From an uncultured Bacilli bacterium (lineage in GTDB: Bacteria; Bacillota_I; Bacilli_A; RF39; UBA660): a stretch of 64,000 nucleotides of DNA. The position numbers and the translations under genes were made by a program. The notes beneath the pieces are model-generated. The model was not told the DNA's origin and did not search any database. It saw only the letters and a program-made list of their open reading frames with translations. Shown here in pieces: positions 46,216 to 57,053 of this stretch (positions are counted from its first letter, which is position 1; the number at the start of each line of letters is the position of its first letter). The DNA is taken from positions 13,689 to 77,688 of the forward strand of contig CAKPHO010000002.1 of assembly GCA_934162195.1 (NCBI GenBank). Direction: 5' to 3'.

Positions 46216-46845
46216 ATGGCTTCAGCAGTAATTCATTTAGCAGTAGCTAATGAAATAAACAAAAAACTAAATAGAGATAAAAGTAAACTATTGATTGGAT
46301 CAATCGCTCCAGATATATCTAAGCTGATAGGAGAAGATAAAAGTATAAGTCACTTTATAAAAGAAAAGGAAAACAATATTCCTGATATAGAAACCTTTGT
46401 AAAGAAATACAGAAATAATTTGAATGATGATTTTGTTATGGGATATTTTATACATTTATATACTGATTATTTGTGGTTTAAATATTTTATTACTGAATTT
46501 TATAATAAACCAATGATCACTAGATTAGATGGAACATCAGTTGAATGTGATGAAGAATTGTTAAGTTTTTATATTTATAATGACTATACAGATTTAAATA
46601 TTAAGTTGCTTGATGAATATAATATGGATTTAAAAATTTTTTATAATGATTTACCATATTTAAACAATATTATAGAAGAAATTCCAATGTCAAAGTTACA
46701 ATTAATAGTTGATTACATGGGAATAATAATCAAAAACAGCAGTAAAAAGAAGAATTATGTTTTCAATATAAAAAATGTAGAAATGTTTATTAAAACTAGT
46801 ACTGAATTGATTTTATCAAAAATAAATAATGGAACTATCAAGTAG
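46216..46845 (+). CDS. zinc-dependent phospholipase C-like family protein (tentative)
   Basis: N-terminal AVIHLAVANEI...GSIAPDISK...SHF and HLYTDYLW resemble the His/Asp metal-site pattern of that family. The assignment is weak. Confidence 0.4.
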   Translation: MASAVIHLAVANEINKKLNRDKSKLLIGSIAPDISKLIGEDKSISHFIKEKENNIPDIETFVKKYRNNLNDDFVMGYFIHLYTDYLWFKYFITEFYNKPMITRLDGTSVECDEELLSFYIYNDYTDLNIKLLDEYNMDLKIFYNDLPYLNNIIEEIPMSKLQLIVDYMGIIIKNSSKKKNYVFNIKNVEMFIKTSTELILSKINNGTIK

Positions 46846-47032
46846 ATAGTTTTTTATTTACACATAATAAAAAAATAAGAATATACTATTAATGAGTAAA
46901 AAATTTATGAATATCTTTTGCAAAATATGGATATATTAAAAGTAGATTGTTAAAAGTTGGTACGCTAACGTGTTAGCGTTTTATATATAGATGGGTAAAA
47001 ACCCTAAAAAAAATCAGATATTCTGGTTTTTT

Positions 47033-47581
47033 TTATTTGATTAAATAATTATTTATTCCATATTTTTCATTTAATGAATCTAAAAAGAAATCATTATGAA
47101 GAGGATAATATGTGAAATATGCAAATAAAATTATGAATAAAATAGTAAAGCCAAATGATAGATAGTTTAATACTTTATTATTTTGAGATGAAAGAATATA
47201 ATAACTAGTTATTTGTGATATACATATCGAGATTAATAAAACAATTAATGTGATTATCATATTTTCTCCAATCTGATAGTATATTGGCAACCAAATGATT
47301 AAAAATGATATTATAGAAATAATAGAACTTAAAAATAGAGAACTAAAAAAGTTATTAAACTTAATATTTTTCTTTCTTAAAAAAATATATAAAATAATTC
47401 CATCTATCAAGAAGGCAGTATAAATCATCTTCATATGTTCAAATATACTTTCATTGACAGGAAAAAAGATTGCAAATAAATCAATAGGTATAATTTTATA
47501 TACAAAATGAGTAAAAAATGATAATCCAAAAATTATTAAAATATTAAATTTTAAAATCTTTTTTAAGCCCATTTTTATCAC
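47033..47581 (-). CDS. polytopic membrane protein, unknown function
   Basis: 182 aa with about 6 hydrophobic segments. It is the only long ORF in this interval, and a hairpin terminator lies downstream at ~47005-47030. Confidence 0.5.
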   Translation of the reverse strand: MIKMGLKKILKFNILIIFGLSFFTHFVYKIIPIDLFAIFFPVNESIFEHMKMIYTAFLIDGIILYIFLRKKNIKFNNFFSSLFLSSIISIISFLIIWLPIYYQIGENMIITLIVLLISICISQITSYYILSSQNNKVLNYLSFGFTILFIILFAYFTYYPLHNDFFLDSLNEKYGINNYLIK

Positions 47582-47689
47582 TTCCTACCCAATATTATGC
47601 CTTTTTTTAAAAAAAATATAAAAAATTTCAATAAAAAAAAGGAAATTGAAAAGTTTTGTCGTATATTATAAGTAGGGAGTGTGATATAT

Positions 47690-49444
47690 ATGCCTAAATT
47701 AACAACAGAACAAATTAATGATATTCGTAGTAGTGTTGATATAGTTGATGTAGTTTCAAAATATGTATCACTAACTCAAAGAGGAAAAAATTATTTTGGA
47801 GTTTGTCCATTTCATGATGATCATTCTCCTAGTATGAGTGTTTCCAAAGACAAACAAATATATACTTGTTTCTCGTGTGGTGCTACAGGAAATGTTTTTA
47901 AATTTGTAATGGATTATGAAAACATATCATTTATTGAAGCTATAAAAAAAATAGCTGATATTGGTGGAATAAATGTTAAACTTGATGATTATCACTTCTC
48001 TAAAAAAAGTGTAAATAATTCTTTGTATGATATTTATGATTTAAGCTTAAAATTTTATCAGAACAATTTAAAAACTAAAGATGGTGAAAAAGCCAGAAAT
48101 TATTTGTATAAAAGAAAAATTACTGATGATATGATTAAATATTTTGAAATAGGGTATTCTTTGAAACAAAGAGGATTATTAACCAAATTGTTATTAAAAA
48201 AAGAATTTTTAGAAAACGATATTATAAAAAGTGGTTTAGTTATAAAAAATGAATATGGCCTAAATGATATATATTGTGACAGAATTATGTTTCCATTACA
48301 TGATTTAAATGGGAAAGTAGTCGGATATAGTGGAAGAGTATATGAAGGTACTGATAGTTCAAAATATATAAATAGTAAAGAAACTGAAATATTTAAAAAA
48401 GGTGAATTGCTTTATAATTATTATCGTGCTAAAGATGAATCTAGAAATGTAGGACAAGTTATCATTATGGAAGGATTTATGGACGTAATGAGAGCTTATT
48501 CTATAGGAGTTAAAAATGTAGTAGCTACTATGGGAACAGCGGTTACTAAAAATCAAGCATTACTTATTAAAAGAATGGCAAATGAAGTAATATTATTATT
48601 TGATGGTGATAGAGCAGGAGCCAAAGCAACGTTTTCATGTGCTAATGAACTTTCTAACATTGGAATTAATCCTAAGATAGTTAGACTGGAAGAAAACTTA
48701 GATCCTGATGAATATATTTTAAAATATGGAAAGGACAAGTTCCTTGAAAAATTAAAAAATCCTATTACTGTTATGGATTTTAAGCTTGATTATTTAAAGA
48801 AAGATAAAAATTTAAATGATAGTAATGAAACAGCTCTTTATGTTAATGAAATATTAAATGAACTTAATACAATTTCTGATGATGTTTTAAGAGAGATAAC
48901 GTTAGCAAAATTAAGTAAAGATTCTGCTTTAGATATTGATTTTCTAAGATCTAAGCTTAATTTAGAAAAAAAACCTAAAAAGATAGAAAAGCCAAAAGAA
49001 GTTAAGAAAAATGGTTTAACAAAATATGAAAAGGCAGAAATATATTTAGTTAATTATATGCTTAAGAGTAATGAAGTAGTAAATATATGCATGAATAAAT
49101 TGTCTAATTTGCCAACTAAAAAATATCGTGATTTAGAAAGATTAATTATAACTTACTATAAAGATTATGGTTATATAAATGAAGTTGATTTTCTATCATA
49201 TATTTTGGATAAAGACGACGAATATATGAATACAATAAAGGAAATTAATAAGTTAAATATTAAAGAAAACTTCACATTAGATGAAATTAATGATTATATA
49301 AATGTTGTTTTGGATTATAATATTGAGGAAGAAAAAAAGAGGTTAACTGATTTATTACATTCAACAAACGATGGTACTAAAAGAACTGAAATAGGACAAA
49401 AATTAGTAGAATTAAAAAAGTTAAGAGGAGAAAAGTATGATTAA
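47690..49444 (+). CDS. dnaG: DNA primase
   Basis: Zinc ribbon [13 protein letters not shown]...CFSCG and a TOPRIM domain ([18 protein letters not shown]). The dnaG-sigA order is conserved. Confidence 0.95.
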   Translation: MPKLTTEQINDIRSSVDIVDVVSKYVSLTQRGKNYFGVCPFHDDHSPSMSVSKDKQIYTCFSCGATGNVFKFVMDYENISFIEAIKKIADIGGINVKLDDYHFSKKSVNNSLYDIYDLSLKFYQNNLKTKDGEKARNYLYKRKITDDMIKYFEIGYSLKQRGLLTKLLLKKEFLENDIIKSGLVIKNEYGLNDIYCDRIMFPLHDLNGKVVGYSGRVYEGTDSSKYINSKETEIFKKGELLYNYYRAKDESRNVGQVIIMEGFMDVMRAYSIGVKNVVATMGTAVTKNQALLIKRMANEVILLFDGDRAGAKATFSCANELSNIGINPKIVRLEENLDPDEYILKYGKDKFLEKLKNPITVMDFKLDYLKKDKNLNDSNETALYVNEILNELNTISDDVLREITLAKLSKDSALDIDFLRSKLNLEKKPKKIEKPKEVKKNGLTKYEKAEIYLVNYMLKSNEVVNICMNKLSNLPTKKYRDLERLIITYYKDYGYINEVDFLSYILDKDDEYMNTIKEINKLNIKENFTLDEINDYINVVLDYNIEEEKKRLTDLLHSTNDGTKRTEIGQKLVELKKLRGEKYD

Positions 49445-50519
49445 TGAAATTAAAAGTTTTGATGATAGAAAAAAAGAATTAGTAAAAAAAGGAAAAGAAC
49501 AAGGATTTATAACTTATGAGGAATTGGCAAATTCATTAAAAGGTTTGGATTTAGATGCAGATTCTCTAGATGAATTATATAATTTATTTAATGAAAATAA
49601 TATAGCTATTGTTTCAGAAGATGATAATGATGTTAATGCTGGTGCTGATAAGACATTATTAGATGATGGGGCGCTTACTAAAGATTTAACAATAAATGAC
49701 CCAGTTCGTATGTATTTAAAAGAAATAGGTCAAATTAAACTTCTTACGATGGAAGAGGAATTAGAACTTGCTGATCGTATTTTAGCAGGTGACGAAGAGG
49801 CTAAAACAATTTTAGCGGAAGCAAATTTACGTTTAGTTGTTAGTATTGCTAAAAGATATGTTGGTAGAGGAATGTTATTTCTTGATTTAATTCAAGAAGG
49901 TAATATTGGACTTATGAAGGCTGTAGAAAAATTTGATGTTAGTAAGGGATATAAATTTTCTACTTATGCAACATGGTGGATTAGACAAGCTATTACTCGT
50001 GCCATAGCAGATCAAGCTCGTACAATTCGTGTTCCTGTTCATATGGTTGAAACAATTAATAAACTTGCACGTATTCAAAGACAGTTAACACTTGAATTAA
50101 ATCGTGAGCCATCAGAAGAAGAACTTGCCAAAAAAATGAATGTTAGTGTTGAAAAAATTAGAGATATTTATAAAATTAGTCAAGAACCAGTAAGTTTGGA
50201 AACCCCTATAGGTGAAGAAGACGATTCCCATTTAGGTGATTTCATCAAAGATGAAAGAAATATGAGCCCTGAAGAATATGCTACGCATGAAATGCTTAAG
50301 GATGAAATTTCTGATGTTTTACTAACATTAACCGAAAGAGAAGAAAAAGTAATTCGTTTACGTTTTGGCCTTGAAGATGGTAAATCAAGAACTCTAGAAG
50401 AAGTAGGGCAAATGTTTGGTGTAACTCGTGAGCGTATTAGACAGATAGAAGCTAAGGCTTTAAGAAAATTACGTCATCCTTCACGTTCTAGAAAACTAAA
50501 AGATTATATGAGTGAATAA
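49437..50519 (+). CDS. sigA: RNA polymerase sigma factor SigA/RpoD
   Basis: Region 2 ([34 protein letters not shown]) and region 4 ([30 protein letters not shown]). Confidence 0.95.
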   Translation: MINEIKSFDDRKKELVKKGKEQGFITYEELANSLKGLDLDADSLDELYNLFNENNIAIVSEDDNDVNAGADKTLLDDGALTKDLTINDPVRMYLKEIGQIKLLTMEEELELADRILAGDEEAKTILAEANLRLVVSIAKRYVGRGMLFLDLIQEGNIGLMKAVEKFDVSKGYKFSTYATWWIRQAITRAIADQARTIRVPVHMVETINKLARIQRQLTLELNREPSEEELAKKMNVSVEKIRDIYKISQEPVSLETPIGEEDDSHLGDFIKDERNMSPEEYATHEMLKDEISDVLLTLTEREEKVIRLRFGLEDGKSRTLEEVGQMFGVTRERIRQIEAKALRKLRHPSRSRKLKDYMSE

Positions 50520-50520
50520 A

Positions 50521-51165
50521 ATGAGATTAAGCAAAAGATTAAAAACTATTGCTGATATGGTTGATGATAATTACCGAGTTATCGATGTAGGATGTGATCA
50601 TGGGTTACTTGATATATATTTAACTATGAATGATATAGAATGTGTAGCTATTGATAATAAAGAAAGTGTCTTAAAATATTCGAGGAAAAATATTAATGAA
50701 TATGGATTAAGTGATAAAATAAAAATACTACACAATGATGGATTAGAAAATATAAATATAAATAATAATGATTTAATTATTTTGGCTGGCCTTGGGACTA
50801 ATACCATATTAAATGTTATAAAAAATAAAAATGTTGGCCAAATGATTGTTCAAAGTAATGATGATGTTTATAACTTAAGGTTAAATTTATTAAACCAAGG
50901 TTATAAGATAATAGATGAAAAAATAGTTTACGAAAAAAAGTACTATGTTATTATAAAATGGGTTAAGGGTAAAGCTAAATATAATCAAGCGCAATTAAAA
51001 TATGGACCATTACTCTTAAAAGAAAAAAGTAAAGAGTTTGTAAACTACTTAAAAGATAGAAAAAAATATTTAGAAGATTTATTAAATACAATACCTAATA
51101 AATTTATGATAAGAAAGTTAAAGGTATTAATTGAAATATATAGAATAAAAGCGATACTTAAATGA
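50521..51165 (+). CDS. trmK: tRNA (adenine22-N1)-methyltransferase
   Basis: RLSKRLKTIADMV...IDVGCDHGLL and the ILAGLG motif, positioned after sigA as yqfN is. Confidence 0.8.
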   Translation: MRLSKRLKTIADMVDDNYRVIDVGCDHGLLDIYLTMNDIECVAIDNKESVLKYSRKNINEYGLSDKIKILHNDGLENININNNDLIILAGLGTNTILNVIKNKNVGQMIVQSNDDVYNLRLNLLNQGYKIIDEKIVYEKKYYVIIKWVKGKAKYNQAQLKYGPLLLKEKSKEFVNYLKDRKKYLEDLLNTIPNKFMIRKLKVLIEIYRIKAILK

Positions 51166-51173
51166 TATCGCTT

Positions 51174-51530
51174 TTAATTTAAGAAAAAAGTAGGCCCATT
51201 ATTATATGAATTTATATTTTCATGATTAGATGTTGTGTTATTAGTACTTTCTATAGTACTTGTTACATTATTAGAAGTATCTTCTTTTTTAAATTCATTC
51301 ATAATTCTAAACATTGTTTTAGCGTTTTTTACAACAGGAGACATTTGTTTAAACATTGGAATTGCTTGATTTACAATACCTAAAGTTTTTTGTGTATTGC
51401 TTAGTATTGAACTCCAGTTTAATCCTCGTCCTAATAATCTTGAAAATAAACCACCATTAGTAGCTGCGTTACTTAAAGCAGGAGTTACCATGTTTGGATA
51501 CATATTAAAGTATGGGACATAATAATTCAT
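51174..51530 (-). CDS. YqfQ-like protein
   Basis: The ORF was trimmed to ATG 51530 (MNYYVPYF...). The motif LSNTQKTLGIVNQAIPMFKQMSPVVKNAKTMFRIM resembles the YqfQ/VrrA family. Confidence 0.5.
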   Translation of the reverse strand: MNYYVPYFNMYPNMVTPALSNAATNGGLFSRLLGRGLNWSSILSNTQKTLGIVNQAIPMFKQMSPVVKNAKTMFRIMNEFKKEDTSNNVTSTIESTNNTTSNHENINSYNNGPTFFLN

Positions 51531-51645
51531 ATGTAAGCTCCTTTCTAAAATATTATATGAATTTGTAGAAATATGTTTTACAAAAAAAAAATATATGGTA
51601 TAATGGTTATGATAGAAGGATAGGGAGATTGGAAGGTGTTTTTTA

Positions 51646-54081
51646 ATGGACAAAGCAAATACTTCATTTTTTAAACTTGTCTATAAAATACTATTATATA
51701 TATTATTAATACCAGTCAGAAGTGTTAAGCTTTTTTGTTTAGGACTTTTTTACTGTTTTTATGTATTTACCAATTTTATTATAAACACTGTTATTTTAAT
51801 ATCATTTATTTTATATAAAGCAATAAAGTACTGTCTATTATCTTTAACTTTGCCAGTAATGATTGTTAATAGCTTAAAAAGAAAAGTTAAACATAAAAAA
51901 CAATATAACAAAGATGATGAAATTGTTAGAATACCAGATAATGCTCTAGAAATAGAAAATAATTATCAAATTAATAATTCTAAAGAGTTAGAAGATAATT
52001 CTGATGCGACTGTTCCTGATTTAGAAGAACCAGAATTAATGCCTGAAGAAGATACTTCAGTTCCAGAAGATATAGTTGAACCTATTACTGAGGATACTGT
52101 CGCTGATAGCGAACCAGATGAAAGTCTTGAATCATTAGATGTTCCTGAAGTTCAAGATGATGTAATGCCTATTGAAAATAATGAACCAATAGCTATATCA
52201 GAACCTATAAATAGCTCTGATGAGATAATAAAAATAAACGATATTCCTAAAAAGAAGCGTCATATAAGTTGGAGAAAATTATTCTTACCACTTCAAATTA
52301 TTTCTTATCCCGTTTATAAACTAGTTAAATATTTTACTTTTGGATTAGCGGTATTATTAAATTACTTTATAAAGGGATTTACAGTTGTAAGTTTTTATGT
52401 TTATAAATTATTTAAATATTTATTGTTCTCATTAGGTATTTTCTTGATGTTATATAATATTTTTGCTCGTAAAAATGAGAAAGCTAGAGCAATTAAAGCT
52501 AAAATTAAGCTAGAAAGAGTTCAAAAAAGAAAAGAAGCACAATTTAAAGCTAAATTACTTGTTCAACAAAAACAAGAAAATAAATTAAGAGAAGAATTAA
52601 GAAAGAAAAAAGAAAAAGAAGAAAACGAGTATCTAAGCAAAAGAACGCCAACTGAGAAAAAAACATTCAAAGAAAAAGTAGATGCTTTATTAAATTCAAT
52701 TTTCTCTTTCCCTAAAGTTGTTTTTAACAAGATTAAATATGGATTACAAAATTCCGTATTTGTTAAAGATTATAAGAACAAAAAAGATATGAGTAGGCAA
52801 GTTCTTTTGATTAATTTTGAAGGAGAAGATGCTGAAAAGAGTGATATTAAAGTTGTATATCAATATACAGCTAAGGATCCTAATGGAAAGATTGTAACAG
52901 ATTATTTTGAAGCTTATTCAAAAGTAGAAGTTCATTCATTCCTTTTAAGTGAAGGTTACGAAGTATATAATATTAAAACTAATAAGTGGATTCAGTTTGC
53001 TCATAAAAGCGCCTCTGTATCGTCTGCTAAAATGAAAAATAAGGATTTAATATTTTTCTTAACACAACTTTCAACTTATATTAAAGCAGGTATACCTTTA
53101 GTAGAAGCTTTAAAAATTTTAGCTAGACAATATTCTAAAAATAAAGCATATCAAAAATTATTTAGAACTATTATTTATGATTTGTCTATGGGAGAAAGCT
53201 TTAGTACTGCACTTGAAAAACAAAAAGATGCTTTTCCTAGAATCTTAATAAATATGATTAAAGCATCAGAGTTAACTGGAGAGTTGCCAGAAGTATTAGA
53301 TGATATGGCAGAGTATTTCACTGAAATGGAGAAAACAAAAAAACAAATGGTTACAGCGTTAATGTATCCAATGATTATTTTAGTATTTGCCATAGGTGTT
53401 ATTATTTTCATACTCGTTGGAGTTATTCCTCAATTTGTTGAGATTTATAGCAGTATGGATTCAGCGCAAATTCCAGGATTTACATTATTTATCTTATCAG
53501 TTAGTGATTACTTAAAGAATAACTATTTAATATTAATTGTTATTGTAACGGTAGTAGTAGTTACTTTAGTATATTTATATAAAAATGTAAAAGTGTTTAG
53601 GACTCTAGCACAATGGTTCTTTATGCATATGCCAGTTATAGGAAATGTTATCATTTATAATGAAGTAACAATATTTACTAAAACATTTTCTTCATTACTA
53701 TCACACAATGTATTTATTACAGATAGTATGAATATTCTTAATAAAGTAACAAACAATGAAATTTATAAAATGATTATTCTAGATACAATTACCAACTTAG
53801 CTAAGGGTGAAAAAATATCTAAGTCATTTGAAAACCACTGGGCTTTTCCAATACCTGCATATGAAATGTTAGTAACAGGGGAAAAGACTGGACAACTTCC
53901 AGAAATGATGAAAAAAGTTTCTGAGTATTATCAAGATTTACATAAAAACTCAGTTACAAGAATCAAAACATTTATTGAACCAATATTGATAATATTCTTA
54001 ACGGTAATAGTTGGTGCCATTGTATTAGCTATCGTTATACCGATGTTTAACCTTTATCAATCAGTTCAAAATTATAGTTAG
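51646..54081 (+). CDS. pilC: PilC/GspF-family platform protein with ~400-aa N-terminal extension
   Basis: From about residue 395 (VVYQYTAKDPNGKIV) onward it is a canonical two-repeat T2SSF protein. Residues 1-390 contain two related TM-hairpin modules, an acidic Pro/Glu/Asp spacer and a Lys/Glu coil. Confidence 0.8.
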   Translation: MDKANTSFFKLVYKILLYILLIPVRSVKLFCLGLFYCFYVFTNFIINTVILISFILYKAIKYCLLSLTLPVMIVNSLKRKVKHKKQYNKDDEIVRIPDNALEIENNYQINNSKELEDNSDATVPDLEEPELMPEEDTSVPEDIVEPITEDTVADSEPDESLESLDVPEVQDDVMPIENNEPIAISEPINSSDEIIKINDIPKKKRHISWRKLFLPLQIISYPVYKLVKYFTFGLAVLLNYFIKGFTVVSFYVYKLFKYLLFSLGIFLMLYNIFARKNEKARAIKAKIKLERVQKRKEAQFKAKLLVQQKQENKLREELRKKKEKEENEYLSKRTPTEKKTFKEKVDALLNSIFSFPKVVFNKIKYGLQNSVFVKDYKNKKDMSRQVLLINFEGEDAEKSDIKVVYQYTAKDPNGKIVTDYFEAYSKVEVHSFLLSEGYEVYNIKTNKWIQFAHKSASVSSAKMKNKDLIFFLTQLSTYIKAGIPLVEALKILARQYSKNKAYQKLFRTIIYDLSMGESFSTALEKQKDAFPRILINMIKASELTGELPEVLDDMAEYFTEMEKTKKQMVTALMYPMIILVFAIGVIIFILVGVIPQFVEIYSSMDSAQIPGFTLFILSVSDYLKNNYLILIVIVTVVVVTLVYLYKNVKVFRTLAQWFFMHMPVIGNVIIYNEVTIFTKTFSSLLSHNVFITDSMNILNKVTNNEIYKMIILDTITNLAKGEKISKSFENHWAFPIPAYEMLVTGEKTGQLPEMMKKVSEYYQDLHKNSVTRIKTFIEPILIIFLTVIVGAIVLAIVIPMFNLYQSVQNYS

Positions 54082-54089
54082 GGGGATTT

Positions 54090-54854
54090 ATGGAGTTATA
54101 TTATTCTTTATGTTTCTTTGTATTAGGAACCATTCTTGGTTCTTTCTACAATGTAGTAGGTTATAGATTGCCAAAAGGGGAATCAATTGTTTCCCCTCCA
54201 TCTCATTGTCCAAATTGCAATCATAGACTTAAATTTTGGGAATTACTCCCAATTGTGTCGTTTATATTACAAAGAGGTAAATGTACAAGTTGTAAACAAA
54301 AAATATCATGGTTTTATCCAATTTTTGAATTTAGTTGTGGCCTAGTATTTGCTTTAGCTTTTTTATCATTTGGGTTAAGTTGGAATTTGTTAATAGCTTT
54401 AACGTTTGTATCAATGTTAATTATAGTAATGGTAAGCGATTATATTTATATGATAATCCCAGATGAAATTTTACTATTTTTTGGAATAGCTCTATCTATT
54501 GAAATGTTATTTATAGATGGATATCATAGTCTTTTATTAAGTCTAGGAAACGGCTGTATTGCGGCTTTATTCATTTATTTATTAAAAATGTTAGGAGATT
54601 TGATTTTTAAAAAAGAATCCATGGGTGGAGGAGATATAAAGCTATTATTCATTTTTGGTCTAGTATTAGGCTGGCAACTTTCTGTTTTTTCTATTTTTTT
54701 AGCATCAATTATAGGGTTGCCATTATCATTATTAATTTTGTATAAAAACAAAGATCATGTTATTCCTTTTGGACCATTTTTAAGTATAGGGGCGTTAATA
54801 ATTTTGATTACTAGAATAGATTTAAATTGGTTATTGAATATATTGATTAAATAA
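54090..54854 (+). CDS. pilD: prepilin peptidase (A24 family)
   Basis: CPNC...CTSC zinc-binding motifs, the catalytic Asp contexts (VSDYIYMIIPDE, GGGDIKLL) and 7-8 TM segments. Confidence 0.9.
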   Translation: MELYYSLCFFVLGTILGSFYNVVGYRLPKGESIVSPPSHCPNCNHRLKFWELLPIVSFILQRGKCTSCKQKISWFYPIFEFSCGLVFALAFLSFGLSWNLLIALTFVSMLIIVMVSDYIYMIIPDEILLFFGIALSIEMLFIDGYHSLLLSLGNGCIAALFIYLLKMLGDLIFKKESMGGGDIKLLFIFGLVLGWQLSVFSIFLASIIGLPLSLLILYKNKDHVIPFGPFLSIGALIILITRIDLNWLLNILIK

Positions 54855-54985
54855 TATAAAAACAAGGATGATTAAATTGATATAAACCCAATTTCTTTGA
54901 ATAGAAATGGTATTTAGTTCAAAACATCCTTTTATAGTAAACTAATTTAAAATATTACAACAAAAAACGTATTTTATAATACGTT

Positions 54986-56485
54986 TTAATTTTTTTCATT
55001 TTTATTAATTTCTTCAATATCATCGCTCTCACTGTAACCTTCTGTTTGAGCTTCTGCATTAGTATCTACCATTTCAGTTGTTTCTTCTTCATTGTCATTA
55101 TTTGATGTTTCTATCTCTTCAGAATTATCTTCTGTTTTATTATCTGTGTCTTCATTAATATCTTCTTTTTTCTTTTTGTTTGTATTTTCGATTTCGGCTT
55201 CGTTTTCTTTCTGTATTCTTTCATGTTCTTCATTGTTTATATTAGCATACTTAAGCGCTGTTTGTAAATCGTAATCTCCAGCAATTTTATCATCATCATC
55301 TAATTCAATAATTTTTAGTAATTCTTCAAAAGTAGTTAAACCATTAGCAACTTTATCAAGCCCATCTTGAAGTAGAGTAACAACATCTGATTTATAAACT
55401 AATTCACGTAATTTATCACGTCTAATACCTCTACTTATAGCATCTTTGATTTCATCATTAATCATTAATACTTCGTGAATAGCAATACGACCTTTATAAC
55501 CATTACCACATTCTTCACAACCAACAGTAGTATATACTTCATCAATTTCTTTACCGATTACTTTTTTAAATAATTCTTTTTCATAATCATTAGTAGGTCT
55601 TTTTTCTCTACAGTGAGGACACAATCTTCTTGCTAATTTCTGAGAAACAATACCAGTTAAAGCACTAGAAAGTAAGTATCTTTCAACTTCCATATCAAGT
55701 AAACGTTCAATAGTATTTAATGAGTTGTTGGTGTGTAATGTAGAAAGAACTAAGTGCCCAGTAATTGATGCACGAACGGCAATTTTAGCTGTTTCAGTAT
55801 CACGAATTTCTCCAATCATTATTATGTTAGGATCTTGACGTAAGATTGAACGAAGAGCAGTAGCAAAAGTTAACCCGATTTCACTGTTTGTTTGAACTTG
55901 GTTAATACCAGCAATATCCATTTCTATTGGATCCTCAACTGTAATGATATTTGTTTCTTCACGGTTTAAACGTTGTAATATAGAATATACTGTTGTAGAT
56001 TTACCACTACCAGTAGCACCGGTTACAAGAATAATTCCGTTAGGAACATTAATCATCTCTAGCATCTTTTTGTAGTTACTTTCACTAAACCCTAGATGTT
56101 CAAGCCCTGATAAACTCATTGAGTAATCAAGAATACGAATAACTATTTTTTCTCCTTCGCTAGTAGGTAAGCTAGAAACACGGAGGTCTAAGTTAATACC
56201 TTGAAGTGTTGCTTTAATCGCACCATCTTGAGGTAATCTTGATTCAGTAATATTCATACCAGAAATTATCTTAACACGAGTAATTAAATTCTTTTTAATA
56301 GTATTAGGAACTTCTGTATAATCAATTAATTGACCATCAATACGGATTCTTATCTTTAAGTATTCTTCATATGGATCGAAGTGAATATCACTCGCTCCAC
56401 GTTTACTAGCGTCAACTAATATTTCATTAACAACCTCAACGACAGGTATTTTTTCATAATCAAAAATTTTGAGCACTGTACTCAA
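54986..56485 (-). CDS. pilB: type IV pilus / competence assembly ATPase (PilB/ComGA/GspE family) with acidic C-terminal tail
   Basis: SDIHFDP, Walker A GATGSGKSTT, Asp box, Walker B IIMIGEIRD, His box HLVLSTLHTN and the CxxC...CxxC tetracysteine motif. About 100 extra Asp/Glu/Asn-rich residues follow at the C-terminus. Confidence 0.9.
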   Translation of the reverse strand: MSTVLKIFDYEKIPVVEVVNEILVDASKRGASDIHFDPYEEYLKIRIRIDGQLIDYTEVPNTIKKNLITRVKIISGMNITESRLPQDGAIKATLQGINLDLRVSSLPTSEGEKIVIRILDYSMSLSGLEHLGFSESNYKKMLEMINVPNGIILVTGATGSGKSTTVYSILQRLNREETNIITVEDPIEMDIAGINQVQTNSEIGLTFATALRSILRQDPNIIMIGEIRDTETAKIAVRASITGHLVLSTLHTNNSLNTIERLLDMEVERYLLSSALTGIVSQKLARRLCPHCREKRPTNDYEKELFKKVIGKEIDEVYTTVGCEECGNGYKGRIAIHEVLMINDEIKDAISRGIRRDKLRELVYKSDVVTLLQDGLDKVANGLTTFEELLKIIELDDDDKIAGDYDLQTALKYANINNEEHERIQKENEAEIENTNKKKKEDINEDTDNKTEDNSEEIETSNNDNEEETTEMVDTNAEAQTEGYSESDDIEEINKNEKN

Positions 56486-56590
56486 CCCCTTTAATAAATT
56501 TTTTCTATTCTTCCATTTAGGACTAGTATTAATCCTAAAAATATTATATAATAAAAATATAATAAATACAATAATAACGAGGTAAAAAAT

Positions 56591-57043
56591 ATGAAAAAAA
56601 ATAATAAAGGATTTATGCTTGCAGAAGTATTTATAGTTTCTAGCTTTGTACTTGGAATTTTAGTTTATATTTTTGTTCAAACAAACAGTATTATGAGAAA
56701 TTACAATAGAAGTTTTTCATATGATACTGTACAAGGTCTTTATATTACAAATGAAGTAAAGAAGTTTATAGGTTATAGTGGATATGATAAAAATGAACTT
56801 GCTAATGCATGTGATACTTATCAATTTTTTGATGTATCTGATTATTATTATCAACGTATAAAACGAGCAGCAAATATCAAAACTGTTATATTAGGTAATT
56901 TGAATTATATGAAAGAAAATGTGGCAAACGATTCTAATATTTCTGCAAAAGAGAAAGATTATATTAACTATCTTAGTAACAGAGGTAAATGCGTTTTATT
57001 ATTGGAATTTAATGATGATACTTATGCATCATTAAGTATGTAG
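56591..57043 (+). CDS. minor pilin-like protein (prepilin-type N-terminus)
   Basis: MKKNNKG/FMLAEVFIV with Glu at +5 and a hydrophobic helix. Confidence 0.65.
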   Translation: MKKNNKGFMLAEVFIVSSFVLGILVYIFVQTNSIMRNYNRSFSYDTVQGLYITNEVKKFIGYSGYDKNELANACDTYQFFDVSDYYYQRIKRAANIKTVILGNLNYMKENVANDSNISAKEKDYINYLSNRGKCVLLLEFNDDTYASLSM

Positions 57044-57053
57044 TGGAGGAGTT

